Source of the DNA: Phycisphaerae bacterium
GTDB taxonomy: Bacteria; Planctomycetota; Phycisphaerae; UBA1845; Fen-1342
NCBI GenBank assembly: GCA_963666925.2
Contig: CAXXTC010000003.1
Location: 1 to 64,000, forward strand
DNA length: 64,000 nucleotides
Reading direction: 5' to 3'
In this document: positions 45,503 through 56,300 of the stretch, in pieces
How positions within the stretch are numbered: the first letter of the stretch is position 1
Layout: the number at the start of each line of letters is the position of its first letter
Translations under genes and position numbers: made by a program
The notes under the pieces: model-generated
What the model saw: only the letters and a program-made list of their open reading frames with translations
What the model was told of the DNA's origin: nothing
Databases searched by the model: none

Positions 45503-46783
45503 ATGTCCGGGCCCCTTCCGCGTCGCGCCCCCCGCCTGCGACCGGCGGCGGCGCCGCCACGTGTCGTTCTGCTGTGGATTATTATCATCATCGTGGCCGC
45601 CACGGCAGCCTACCTCGTCGCCCCGCGGGTGCTGCCAGCACGAATCGTCGAAGGCCCACTCGTTCAGATGACTGCGGCCGACGGTGCCACGCTCGTCTGG
45701 TATACCTCGCGACCCGCCGACTGCACCGTGCACTATCACAGCGGCACAACCGAGCAGAAGTTGTCTGCGGAGAGCGACGGCCGGCGCCAAAGCGCCCACA
45801 TCTCCGGGCTCCAGCCCGCAACCGCCTGCTCCTACCAAATCTTCATCAACCAGAAAGATATCTCCGACGAATTCACCTTCCGCACCGCCCCACCCGTTGG
45901 AGCCGACAAGTGCCGCTTCATCGTCTTCGGCGACAGCGGACGCGGCACCAAAGCCCAGTACGACATCGCCGCGGACATGACCAGAACCGCCCTCGGCGAC
46001 ACCCCCGTCGACTTCCTGCTCCACACCGGCGACCTCGTCTACAACGACGGCGAACGATCGAAATACAGCGACCGCTTCTTCACGCCCTATCGCCACATGC
46101 TCGCCCGCATGAATTTCTGGCCCTGCGCCGGCAACCACGACCTCGGCAACACCAAAGACGCGGCCGCCTACCGTGAAGTCTTTGACATTCCCAACAACGG
46201 CCCACCCGGATTGCCCGCCGGCCTCAATTACTGGTTCGACTACGCCAATTGCCGCTTCGTCGTGATCGACTCCAACGTCGCCGCCGACATTATGCGTGAC
46301 GTAACCGCCCCGTGGCTCAGCGCAACGCTACAAGACTGCCCCGCCACCTGGAAATTCGTCGCGCTGCACCACCCGCCCTACACCGGCGGCAAGTATGCCC
46401 CCGACCTCGACGTGCAACGCAACCTCGTGCCTGTCTTCGAACAGGTCGGCGTCGACCTGGTCTTCTGCGGCCACGACCACTCCTACCAGCGCACCAGCCC
46501 CATCCGCGCCGGACAGATCGACGAAGCCGGCATCATCTACATAATAAGCGCCGCCGGTGGCGCCCGGCTCTACCAGCCGCGCGGTAAGCGCCCCGACTAC
46601 ATCGCCGTCCACGACTGGCAGCACTACAGCTTCACGACCGTCGACGTAACCGGCCCCAAGCTGGCCCTGCGACAACACGCCCCCGACGCCGGCATCATCG
46701 ACGAGCTGACGATAGAAAAGCCCGCCATGCCGGAATCCCAACCCGCCACGCCGACGACCCAGCCGATCAACACCGCGCCATAA
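45503..46783 (+). CDS. Membrane-anchored purple-acid-phosphatase-like metallophosphoesterase
   Basis: FN3-like N-domain; GDSG, GDLVY, GNHD, HHP and GHDH motifs. Confidence 0.9.
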   Translation: MSGPLPRRAPRLRPAAAPPRVVLLWIIIIIVAATAAYLVAPRVLPARIVEGPLVQMTAADGATLVWYTSRPADCTVHYHSGTTEQKLSAESDGRRQSAHISGLQPATACSYQIFINQKDISDEFTFRTAPPVGADKCRFIVFGDSGRGTKAQYDIAADMTRTALGDTPVDFLLHTGDLVYNDGERSKYSDRFFTPYRHMLARMNFWPCAGNHDLGNTKDAAAYREVFDIPNNGPPGLPAGLNYWFDYANCRFVVIDSNVAADIMRDVTAPWLSATLQDCPATWKFVALHHPPYTGGKYAPDLDVQRNLVPVFEQVGVDLVFCGHDHSYQRTSPIRAGQIDEAGIIYIISAAGGARLYQPRGKRPDYIAVHDWQHYSFTTVDVTGPKLALRQHAPDAGIIDELTIEKPAMPESQPATPTTQPINTAP

Positions 46784-46831
46784 CAGCACTTAATCATCCG
46801 CGCCAGCAACGCCCCCTATCACGTCAACCGC

Positions 46832-48754
46832 TCATCGCGCCGGCTGCGAATCGGGCGACGGCGATCCCTCCTGCGCAAGACTCAAACCCGGCGGCAACTC
46901 AACTTCCTCGATCACATGGGCCGCCATAACCTCCGTTCGAGACCACGCCTGCAATTGCATACTGCGCTGCCCCGGCCCAATCATCTGCGGATCAAAGGGA
47001 ACCTCAATCCGCACGTGCCCCTGCTCGTCGGCCTGCTGATACACCGCCGAGCGATCCGGTAAAACCAGTCGCGCAAACAGATGCGCATCATCTAATCGAG
47101 CCGTCACGACCAACTGGGAGGGCTCCGTCGGAGTAACCCGCACAGTGCACTCCTGAATCTGCGGCGGCCGGGTACTGAGAATGTCCGGATTCAGCATCAT
47201 GCCACCCAGCGGCACCAGCAGCGCCAGGCTAAGCAGCGCCGCCAACCAGACCGGCATCCGACGAACCACGCCACGAATCACGCGATGATCATCCCTGCGA
47301 CTTGCCGGCGCCGCGGAACGCTGCCCAAACAACCACGGCCGCTTCCGCAATACCACACGCCACAGCCAGCGCAGCCCCCACACGAGCCCCAGACCGGCGA
47401 ACAGCGCCACCAGGATCACCACCTGGTCGTCGTCCCGCGCGCGGTAACGCGACAACGAGTGAATCCAGACCGGCCCCTGCCACAGAAGAAACGCGACCAG
47501 CAGCAACGTCTGGCGGCGCAGCAACAACAAGCCACCGCCAAGCAAGGCCAACGCGGCGCCAACGCAGCGCAGCCTGTCGCCGATCGGACTCAAACCCACC
47601 ATCTGCGTATAACGGTAGGAGAAACAGGAGAGGCCATCCCACAGATAGTGCCGATAATTCGCCAACACACACGGCCACGCGACGCGAACGGGGGCATGAT
47701 ACACGGCATACCTGCGGACCACGTCATCGTACTGGTCCCGATACGCCGGATCGTAGCACGCACTGAACGTACGTGTGTTAATGCGGCCTGAGTAACAACC
47801 CGTCCACCGTGGCGGCAGACTACCCACCCAGATCGCGTAACCCATGTTGGACCTGCCAACCGCCTTCGGATTCAGTTGCATCCCATGCGCCATCCACGCC
47901 AGGGTCCCCCTGAACGCTCCGGCATAGACCATCGGCAGCAACACCGCCCCGACACAGATTGCCAACCAGCGGTGCCGGCGGAAGCGCCACCAGCGACAGG
48001 CAACAGCCCCTCCCAGCACCATGGCCACCGCCAACACAGCGACGATCAGAACCGCCTTGTAGAACATGCACAGGTAGCCCGCCACCGCGAACACAATATA
48101 ACCGTAGCGCCGGCCGCGCAATGCCGACCAAGCCGACCAGGCCAACACCGCCAGCCAGAACGCCACTGCGGGCTCAGCCATCACCGTCGGAATCTGCCCC
48201 CCCTCGTAGGTCATCAGTAGCCATACCAGCGCTGCGACACTGGCAAGCAGGCCGGCGCTGCGCGCAGCCACATAGAGCGCCAAGCCGACCGCCACGCAAA
48301 ACATGACCAGGTTCGACCAGAATAGTGTGCGCACTCCGCCGCCAAACGCCTGCAACAGAATCGCGTTCTGGAAGGCGAAGAAAACACTCTTGCCGCGGTC
48401 GAACACCAGCTTGTCATACTCCCGGTGCGAGGCCTCTTCCAACTGCGCAATTAGCTTGTCGGCGGGGACGCCGAAATACCGGTGTTGTATGTACAGCGCA
48501 TCCTGATAATAGTGCAGCGAATCATGCCTGATCTGGCCGGCCGCCAGCGTTCCCCGCACACGCTGCTCCAGCACCACCCCCACCAGCGCCGCCCCGATAA
48601 GCATCATCACCAGCGCCCACACTGGCGCGGCGCGCCCCAGCAGTACCTGCTCTATGCGAAGCATGCGCCGGCGCCACCTTAGCGGAAGGCGCGAATGCAA
48701 ACGTCCCACCTCCGCTGTGCTCATGTCGATCAGCTCCTCAGACTCTCCCGCCAC
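46832..48754 (-). CDS. Polytopic membrane protein, possibly GT-C-like
   Basis: 640-aa ORF with many TM helices; D..HY early loop and EP motif; TTGTAT-18-TATAAT promoter at 48811-48782. Confidence 0.6.
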   Translation of the reverse strand: MAGESEELIDMSTAEVGRLHSRLPLRWRRRMLRIEQVLLGRAAPVWALVMMLIGAALVGVVLEQRVRGTLAAGQIRHDSLHYYQDALYIQHRYFGVPADKLIAQLEEASHREYDKLVFDRGKSVFFAFQNAILLQAFGGGVRTLFWSNLVMFCVAVGLALYVAARSAGLLASVAALVWLLMTYEGGQIPTVMAEPAVAFWLAVLAWSAWSALRGRRYGYIVFAVAGYLCMFYKAVLIVAVLAVAMVLGGAVACRWWRFRRHRWLAICVGAVLLPMVYAGAFRGTLAWMAHGMQLNPKAVGRSNMGYAIWVGSLPPRWTGCYSGRINTRTFSACYDPAYRDQYDDVVRRYAVYHAPVRVAWPCVLANYRHYLWDGLSCFSYRYTQMVGLSPIGDRLRCVGAALALLGGGLLLLRRQTLLLVAFLLWQGPVWIHSLSRYRARDDDQVVILVALFAGLGLVWGLRWLWRVVLRKRPWLFGQRSAAPASRRDDHRVIRGVVRRMPVWLAALLSLALLVPLGGMMLNPDILSTRPPQIQECTVRVTPTEPSQLVVTARLDDAHLFARLVLPDRSAVYQQADEQGHVRIEVPFDPQMIGPGQRSMQLQAWSRTEVMAAHVIEEVELPPGLSLAQEGSPSPDSQPAR

Positions 48755-48898
48755 ACCCCGGCCTATTCAAACCGGCGAGCGATTATACGCACAGCCACAA
48801 TCGCCATACAAGCACGCCGGGACTGCGACACCCTTCAGATATCGCTACAGAAAACAGACCTTGGTCCCCACCCGACCCCACCGCCGAGAATCCCCCAA

Positions 48899-50137
48899 TC
48901 AAGCCTCGATCAACATCCGCGCCGGATCTTCAACGCATTCCTTCACGCGCCGCAGGAACGTCACCGACTCGCGCCCGTCAACGACGCGATGATCGTACGT
49001 CAGCGCGACGTACATCATCGGCCGAATCACCACCTGACCATCCACCGCAATCGGCCGCTCCTTGATCGCGTGCAACCCGAGGATCGCACTCTGCGGCGGG
49101 TTAATGATCGGCGTGGCCAACAGCGACCCGAACACGCCTCCATTCGTGATCGTAAACGTCCCGCCCTGAAGCTCCTCGATGCTGATCTTCCGTTCGCGCG
49201 CCCGCGCCGCCAGGTCCGCAATCCGCTGCTCGATCTCGGCGAAGCTCAGCCGCTCCGCATTCCGCACCACCGGCACAACCAGCCCCTGATCGGTGCTCAC
49301 CGCGATTCCGATGTCATAGTGGTTCTTGTAGACGATGTCCGTCCCGCGAACCTCCGCATTGACCGCCGGCAGCTCCTTCAGCGCTTCGATGGCCGCTTTC
49401 ACAAACACCGACATAATCCCCAGCTTGACGCCATACTGCTTGAAGAATTCCTCCCCACGCACTTTCCGCATCGTCATTACGGCCGACATGTCGATCTCGT
49501 TGAACGTGGTCAGCGCCGCCGTCGTTTGCTGCGACTCGACCAAACGCTGCGCAATCCGCCGCCGGAGCATCGACATCGGCACAACATCCTCTTCCACATC
49601 CGATGCCGGCGCTTCGACTGCAGACTCCGCTCGCGCCAGCGCTGCCGGCGCATGCTCCGCATCCGCCACGTGCCGCTGCACATCCTCCTTCAAGATCCGA
49701 CCGCCCGGGCCACTGCCCGACACATCCTCGGCCTGCAAGCCCGCCTCCGCCAGCGCCCGTCGCGCCGCCGGCATGACGTGCGGCTCGCGCTGCCCACCCG
49801 CATCTTCGCCACCCGCCGGCGCCGATGTCGGCGCCGCTATGCCGCTCGACTCCTTTGCCCCCCGCGTCGCTTTGCCACCACTCGCCGCGCGCACTTCCCT
49901 CTGCTCCTCGATCAGACCAATCACCGTCCCGATCGGCACAATCTCCCCGCTGCGCTTCAATATCTTGCTCAGCACCCCACGCGCCGGCGCCGGCAATTCC
50001 ATCGACGCCTTGTCCGTCTCCAGTTCAACCACCGACTCGTCCAACTCGACGAAATCCCCCTCATCTTTCAGCCAGCTCCCGATCTGCACCTCTGTAATCG
50101 ACTCGCCGGCGGACGGAATCTTCAGCTCGACTGCCAT
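48899..50137 (-). CDS. sucB: 2-oxoglutarate dehydrogenase E2 (dihydrolipoyl succinyltransferase)
   Basis: Lipoyl domain ETDKA, GSGPGGRILKEDV, TYDHRVVDG. Confidence 0.96.
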   Translation of the reverse strand: MAVELKIPSAGESITEVQIGSWLKDEGDFVELDESVVELETDKASMELPAPARGVLSKILKRSGEIVPIGTVIGLIEEQREVRAASGGKATRGAKESSGIAAPTSAPAGGEDAGGQREPHVMPAARRALAEAGLQAEDVSGSGPGGRILKEDVQRHVADAEHAPAALARAESAVEAPASDVEEDVVPMSMLRRRIAQRLVESQQTTAALTTFNEIDMSAVMTMRKVRGEEFFKQYGVKLGIMSVFVKAAIEALKELPAVNAEVRGTDIVYKNHYDIGIAVSTDQGLVVPVVRNAERLSFAEIEQRIADLAARARERKISIEELQGGTFTITNGGVFGSLLATPIINPPQSAILGLHAIKERPIAVDGQVVIRPMMYVALTYDHRVVDGRESVTFLRRVKECVEDPARMLIEA

Positions 50138-50189
50138 GACACTCGCTCTCCCTCGAACGTAAAACCAGCGGCCGATCGCTGGAGCCTCT

Positions 50190-53012
50190 TCAGAAATTGC
50201 TCGAGCCGACAACACCCAGCGCCCGCTCGACCAAGGCGGCCTGCTCCAGCCGATGCTGCTTCGCCGAACCCGACGCCGGACTCGCCGACGCCGGCCGACT
50301 CAACACAGCAAATGGCCAACGCCCGTACAACTCCGACCCGAATCTTACGCGCAAATGAGGAGCCGCGCCCATGTTCGCCGGCTCCTCCTGCACAAATACC
50401 ACCGGCGTGCCGTCCGCAAACGACCCCAACGCATCCTGCAACACCTGGTCCGGCAATGGATATAGCTGCTCGACCCGCAGGATCGCGACGTCCATTATCC
50501 CGCGCTCCTCGCGCACCCTCTCCAATTCGTAAACCAGCTTACCGCTGCACAATAGCACTCGCCGCACCTGTTCCGCCGTCACCGCCGAATCGCCAATAAC
50601 ACGCTCAAACCGACCCTGCGCCAGATCGCCCAGCGACGACGTCGCCGCCGGGTGCCGTAGCAGACTCTTCGGCGTCAACACAAACAACGGCTTGCGCCAC
50701 GGCCGCAAGACCTGCCGGCGCAACACGTGAAAATACTGCGCCGGCGTGGTCGGGTTCACCACCTGGATATTGTCATTCGCGGCCAGCTCCAGCAGCCGCT
50801 CCGGCCGCGCGCTCGAATGCTCCGGACCCTGCCCCTCCATACCGTGCGGCAACAGCAACACCAGCCCGCTCAGGCTGTGCCACTTGATCTCCGCACTCGC
50901 CAGAAACTGGTCCAGGTAGACCTGCGCCACGTTCAGAAAGTCCCCGAATTGCGCCTCCCAAACCACCAGCCCGTCCGGGTACGCGATGCTGTACCCATAC
51001 TCAAACCCCAACACCCCCGACTCCGACAACGGGCTGTTGAACGCCTCAAACGGCGCCTGATCCGGGGCCAGATGCTGTAGCGGCACATACGGGTGATCAT
51101 TCTCATGGTCATGCAAAATCGCGTGCCGATTGCTGAACGTCCCCCGCCCGCTGTCCTGCCCGCTCAGCCGCACCCGCGTCCCGTCCGTCAGCAGCGAAGC
51201 AAACGCCAGCGATTCCGCCGCTGCCCAATCCAGCCGCTGCTCCCCCCGCGCCATCCGTCGCCGCGCTTCCACCAACCGCCCCAGCTTCGGATGCAGGTGA
51301 AAACCCGCCGGCAGTTGCGTCTGCGCCTCCAGCAATTCCACCAAATGCTCTCGCTCCACCGCCGTGTCCAAGTCGGCGACACTACTCTCCGGACCACCTT
51401 GATACCGGCTCCACAATCGCCCCAGCACACTTGGACGAAACCCCACGCTGGGCCCCTCAGTGCGCATCCCCGCCAAGTCCCGCTCCAGGTCCGCCCGCCG
51501 CCGGGCCGCAATCTCGTCCGCCTCCGTCGGCGTGATCTCCCCCATCTCCAGCAAACGCCTCAAATATCCCTCACGCACCGACGGCCGGGCCTGGATCTTG
51601 CGGTACAACGTTGGCTGCGTAAACGACGGCTCGTCCGACTCGTTGTGCCCGTACCGCCGATAACAATACATATCGATCACCACGTCACGCTTGAACGCCC
51701 GCCGAAAATCCATCGCCAGTCGCACCACTTGCGCCACCGCCTCCGGATCCTCACCATTCACGTGAAAGATCGGGCTCTGCAACATCTTCGCCACGTCCGT
51801 CGCGTAGCTGGCCGAACGTCCCTCCGCCGGCGTGGTCGTGAAACCCAACTGGTTGTTCACCACCACGTGCAGCGTCCCGCCCGTGCGATACCCTGTCAGA
51901 CCACTAAGGTTCAGTGTTTCCTGAACCACCCCCTCACCCGCAAACGCCGCATCGCCGTGAATCAACACCGCCAGCACCTGCTCGCGTTCCAGGTCGCCGG
52001 CCCGATCCTGCTTCGCCCGCACCCGCCCCAGCGCCACCGGGTTCACGAACTCCAGGTGACTCGGGTTGAAACACAACGCTACGTGGATCTTCCGCTCCGC
52101 CGCCGTCTCCCAGTCACCATGAAAACCGAGGTGGTACTTCACATCTCCTGGCCCGTGCGTCAGGTCGGCATCGGCATCCTCAAACTCCCGGAAGATATCC
52201 CGCGGGCTCTTGCCGATAATGTTCGCCAGCACGTTCAGCCGGCCGCGATGCGCCATCCCGATCACGACTTCCTCTATCCCCTGCGCGCCGGCCCGCTCCA
52301 AGGCCAAATCAAGCAGCGGAATCAGGCTCTCCCCACCCTCCAGCGAAAACCGCTTCGCCCCCACATACTTCTTCTGAATGAAATCCTCGAAGATCACCGC
52401 GTCCGTCAGGCGTGTCAATATGCGCAGTTGCTCCGCCCGCTCCAGACTCAGCCGGTTGCGCGTCGCCTCCATCCGCTCCTGCAACCACTGCCGCGCCTCG
52501 AACTGGTCGATGTGCATGAACTGCACGCCGATCGACCGGCAATACGTGTCGCGCAACAGGAACAGTATCTCACGCAGCGTCCGCGTCGCCGCCCCGTGGA
52601 TAGTTCGGCTCGAAAACGGCCGATCCATATCCGCCCGCGAAAACCCGTAATACGAGATCTTCAGCTCCGGCCGGTACGGCTTTGGATGATGCAGCGGATC
52701 AAACTGTGCCATGATGTGCCCGCGCACCCGGTACGCCCGCACCAGTTGGTCCACCCGATCCTGCCCCAGCGCCACCTCCGGCCCCACCCCCGGCGTAGCG
52801 CGACCATCGCTCCCACGCGGGTTGAATATGCTCCGCCGCCGAAACGTCGGCCCCAACCGCGACACCCGCCCGAACCGGTCCCCCACCGGAAACCCATCGA
52901 AATACGCGCGCCACACCTCCGGCACCGAGGCCGGATCACGCAGGTAGGAAACGTACAACTGCTCGACGAACGCCAGATTGGCAGGATTGGGGACCGCTAC
53001 CGGCTCGCTCAT
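50190..53012 (-). CDS. sucA: 2-oxoglutarate dehydrogenase E1
   Basis: KRFSLEG, GMAHRGRLN, GDVKYHLG, HGDAAF, WEAQFGDF; start moved to ATG 53012. Confidence 0.97.
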   Translation of the reverse strand: MSEPVAVPNPANLAFVEQLYVSYLRDPASVPEVWRAYFDGFPVGDRFGRVSRLGPTFRRRSIFNPRGSDGRATPGVGPEVALGQDRVDQLVRAYRVRGHIMAQFDPLHHPKPYRPELKISYYGFSRADMDRPFSSRTIHGAATRTLREILFLLRDTYCRSIGVQFMHIDQFEARQWLQERMEATRNRLSLERAEQLRILTRLTDAVIFEDFIQKKYVGAKRFSLEGGESLIPLLDLALERAGAQGIEEVVIGMAHRGRLNVLANIIGKSPRDIFREFEDADADLTHGPGDVKYHLGFHGDWETAAERKIHVALCFNPSHLEFVNPVALGRVRAKQDRAGDLEREQVLAVLIHGDAAFAGEGVVQETLNLSGLTGYRTGGTLHVVVNNQLGFTTTPAEGRSASYATDVAKMLQSPIFHVNGEDPEAVAQVVRLAMDFRRAFKRDVVIDMYCYRRYGHNESDEPSFTQPTLYRKIQARPSVREGYLRRLLEMGEITPTEADEIAARRRADLERDLAGMRTEGPSVGFRPSVLGRLWSRYQGGPESSVADLDTAVEREHLVELLEAQTQLPAGFHLHPKLGRLVEARRRMARGEQRLDWAAAESLAFASLLTDGTRVRLSGQDSGRGTFSNRHAILHDHENDHPYVPLQHLAPDQAPFEAFNSPLSESGVLGFEYGYSIAYPDGLVVWEAQFGDFLNVAQVYLDQFLASAEIKWHSLSGLVLLLPHGMEGQGPEHSSARPERLLELAANDNIQVVNPTTPAQYFHVLRRQVLRPWRKPLFVLTPKSLLRHPAATSSLGDLAQGRFERVIGDSAVTAEQVRRVLLCSGKLVYELERVREERGIMDVAILRVEQLYPLPDQVLQDALGSFADGTPVVFVQEEPANMGAAPHLRVRFGSELYGRWPFAVLSRPASASPASGSAKQHRLEQAALVERALGVVGSSNF

Positions 53013-53088
53013 GAGATCTGCACCCGGAGCTGCAATTGACCATGTCCGACAGGATCCGATCCACATATCCTGCCCGCTCTCACTGGGG

Positions 53089-53097
53089 ATTATAGCA
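53089..53097 (-). promoter_or_regulatory. Extended -10 promoter of sucAB
   Basis: TGCTATAAT about 77 nt upstream of ATG 53012. Confidence 0.5.
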
Positions 53098-53303
53098 GCC
53101 CTATCCCGTGCGACTGCCAGGTGGATTGCCGCGCGGGTGTCGTCTGGGGTGCCACTCCGGGTGCCCCAATCCCGCCGCGCGGCACAGGGAGGGACAGATT
53201 TCCCCACCAAATAACAGGGCCGACACGTCATCTCAAACGCGCCGGCCCTGAAGGGTCCTTGTATCTCACGTCAGCCCGCTACGGGCCGACGACTTTGCCG
53301 CGA

Positions 53304-56300
53304 TTAACGCCGCCGCCGGTAACTGCTGCGCGCTCGCAGCAAACCAGCCAGCGTCAGCGTAAGCATCAGCACAGACGTGGTCGGACACAGGCCCGTGTTG
53401 GGGTTTAGATCCGACGAATCGTCGTCACCGGTACTGGGCTGATCCTGGCTGCTGTCGCCGGAATCGTCACCCGTATCGTCACCGGTGTCATCGCCGGCAT
53501 CGTCACCGGTTCCGTCGTCAGTGCCGTCGTCGGCGCCGTCATCCACTGCATCGCAGGAGTCGCCAATACCATCGCCGTCGCTGTCGAGCTGGAGCAGGTT
53601 CGCGACGCCCGGACAGTTATCACACGCATCGCCGATCCCGTCACCGTCACTGTCAATCTGGGCGGTATTGGGCTCAAACACGCAGTTGTCGCACCGATTA
53701 CCGATGCCGTCGCCGTCGGTGTCGCCCTGGTCAGCGTTGGACACGTTCGGACAGTTGTCGAATACGTCCGGCACACCGTCACCATCGCTGTCCGGCTCAC
53801 ACGCGTCACCCGTGCCATCATTGTTCGTATCCATCTGGCTCGGGTTGTAGATCAGCGGGCAGTTGTCCTGAGCATCCGGGATGCCGTCGTTGTCGCTGTC
53901 GTTATCACACGCGTCGCCGTCACCGTCACCGTCGAAGTCGCCCTGCCCGGGGTTGTACTCGTACGGACAGTTGTCGGTGGCATTGGGAACGCCGTCGTCA
54001 TCCAGGTCAGGATCGCACGCGTCGCCGAGACCGTCGTCGTCGGTGTCCGTCTGGTCTGGGTTGTGCGTGTTCGGACAGTTATCGTCGTTATTCAGGTAAC
54101 CGTCATTGTCGTTGTCGTTGTCGCAGGCGTCGCCGATACCGTCGCCATCAACGTCACCCTGGCCCGGGTTGTCCACGTAGGGGCAGTTGTCGCAGGCGTT
54201 ACCCAGCTCGTCGCCGTCGCTATCCGTCTGGTCGACGTTCGGGAAGTCGGGACAGTTATCCTCAGCATCCTCGATGCCGTCGTTGTCCGTATCCACGAAC
54301 TCCGGATTAACGACGATATCAGCCGTCACGACGCCTTCCCGACCAGTTGCGTTGTTCCGCACCGTCAACGTGACCGTGTAGGCCCCATTGGACAAATCCG
54401 TCGAAGACGACTCATAGAGATACTCGACCACCGAGCCCGTGCCACCGCTGCCGTCGCCAAAGTTCCACTGGAACGTCAGGCTCGATGATTGCGAGCCAAA
54501 CTCGTCCAGCGACTCCGACGCATCGAAACGCACCAGCAATGGCACCCGCCGGCCGGGGTTCGTCTCATCTTCCGGATACGAAACTTCAAGCACCGGGTAG
54601 ACCCGCGGCACGATGTCGCCGCCGGAGAATTCCACCGGCAGGCTGTAGCCGGTCTTGCCCGTGGTCATGAGCGTGTACCGATCCGGCAAACGCGTCCCGT
54701 CGCCGCTCGAGAACGCATGCACGCGGTAGCTGATATTGCTGCCGCTGCCAGCGTTGTTCGCCAGCCGCAACTGCGTCGGCGCCGGCACCGACAAAATCCG
54801 GTAGAACCCTGGTACCGCACCATCGCCCGCGATAATACGCACCTGGTCGCCGGCCCGGAACTCGGTCGCGTCAAAGTTCGCGCTCGGGATCGTCAGCGTA
54901 TACACGCCATCGTCATCCGACAGCTCACCATCGCTGCCCGCGACCGCCTCATCCGTGTATTCAATCAGCAGCGACACGCCGCTGTCCGTCACGAACGGCT
55001 GGTTGGTCACCGCCCGGCTGTGAATGCCGGAAACCCTGCCTTCCACCGACCATTCCTCGGCACCCACCACCGCGTGATCAACACACGTCAGCGTCAGCGT
55101 CTCCAGGAACGACTGCTCCGTGTCGACGTCCGTCACCGTTACTTGGCCACGCGCGTGATTGTCCACGTCGGCCCGCGGCTCCGAGTTCGCCGGCTCTGTG
55201 CCGTCCGCTCCCACGCCCGGCACCAGCTTGGCGTAGAAGTAAAACACACCGTCCGGCATCTGCGACGGATCAAACTCGTAGAACATGCTCTCCAGACCCG
55301 GCTGGGACTTGTACTGCACGCCTTCCACAAACTGCGCGCCGTCGTGTCCAACATTATCCGAGTCGTAATAGAAGTACAGCTCGGTGCCACCGTAGAAATC
55401 GAATGCCTTGTACCGCAGTCGCGCCGTCGGCAACTCGCCAACCGGCGGACGCGAGAACTCCAGCTCGGGCACCAGCCGCGGCTTCCAGTAGAACGTCACG
55501 ACCAGGTCGTCACCCTCGTACTGAATGTCACGAATCGCAATCCCGCTCTCAACCTGCCCCCACCACCGCGAGCTCGGATCCGTGTCATTGTTCCACTCGC
55601 GAATATCCGACGTGCCCGGGAACGGGTCACCGGCATCACCGCTGTTCTCACCGTTCTCGAGCTGCTGCAATCCGTCAGCCTGGAGGACGTTGTAGCTGAA
55701 GTGGCTACCCAGACGCTGCTGCACCGGCGACGCCTCGGCGTTCTCACCGAAGTCCGTGTGCATGATCAACAAGCCTTCGCCATCACCGCTACCAGTAAGC
55801 TGACCACCCGGGGCATAGCGCGAGAAGTTGATCCGATACGGATCCGCCGGCACGTCCTGAGTCAGCCGCCAGAAGTAGAAGCGCTCACCAGCCGCGTCCG
55901 GATCATCTCCGAGCAGATCCGGGTTCTGGAACGTGAACACCGAATCGTTCGAATTGAACGCGAAGTCCGGGAAGACCAGCTCCGCCTCCTCACGCGGGTT
56001 GATTACATCACGCAGATCCGTAACCGAAATCCACGGCGTGTGATCCGTACCCAGCGACGCGCTGCCCAGGAAGTACTGCTTCAGCGGCGGCGTCGGGTGC
56101 ACAAACCCGCCCGACATGATGTCCCAACCACCCACCGGCTTGTTGATAATACCACCGCCGGGGTTGTACTCGTCATAGTCATACAGGTCGGGATAGCTCT
56201 CCCAGACGTGCAGCCACTCGTGAGCCGTACCGGCTTTGGCATACTCACCCGGATTGAGCTGCTCACCCGTCTCCGTTGTACCACCCAACGGGTGCACCCA

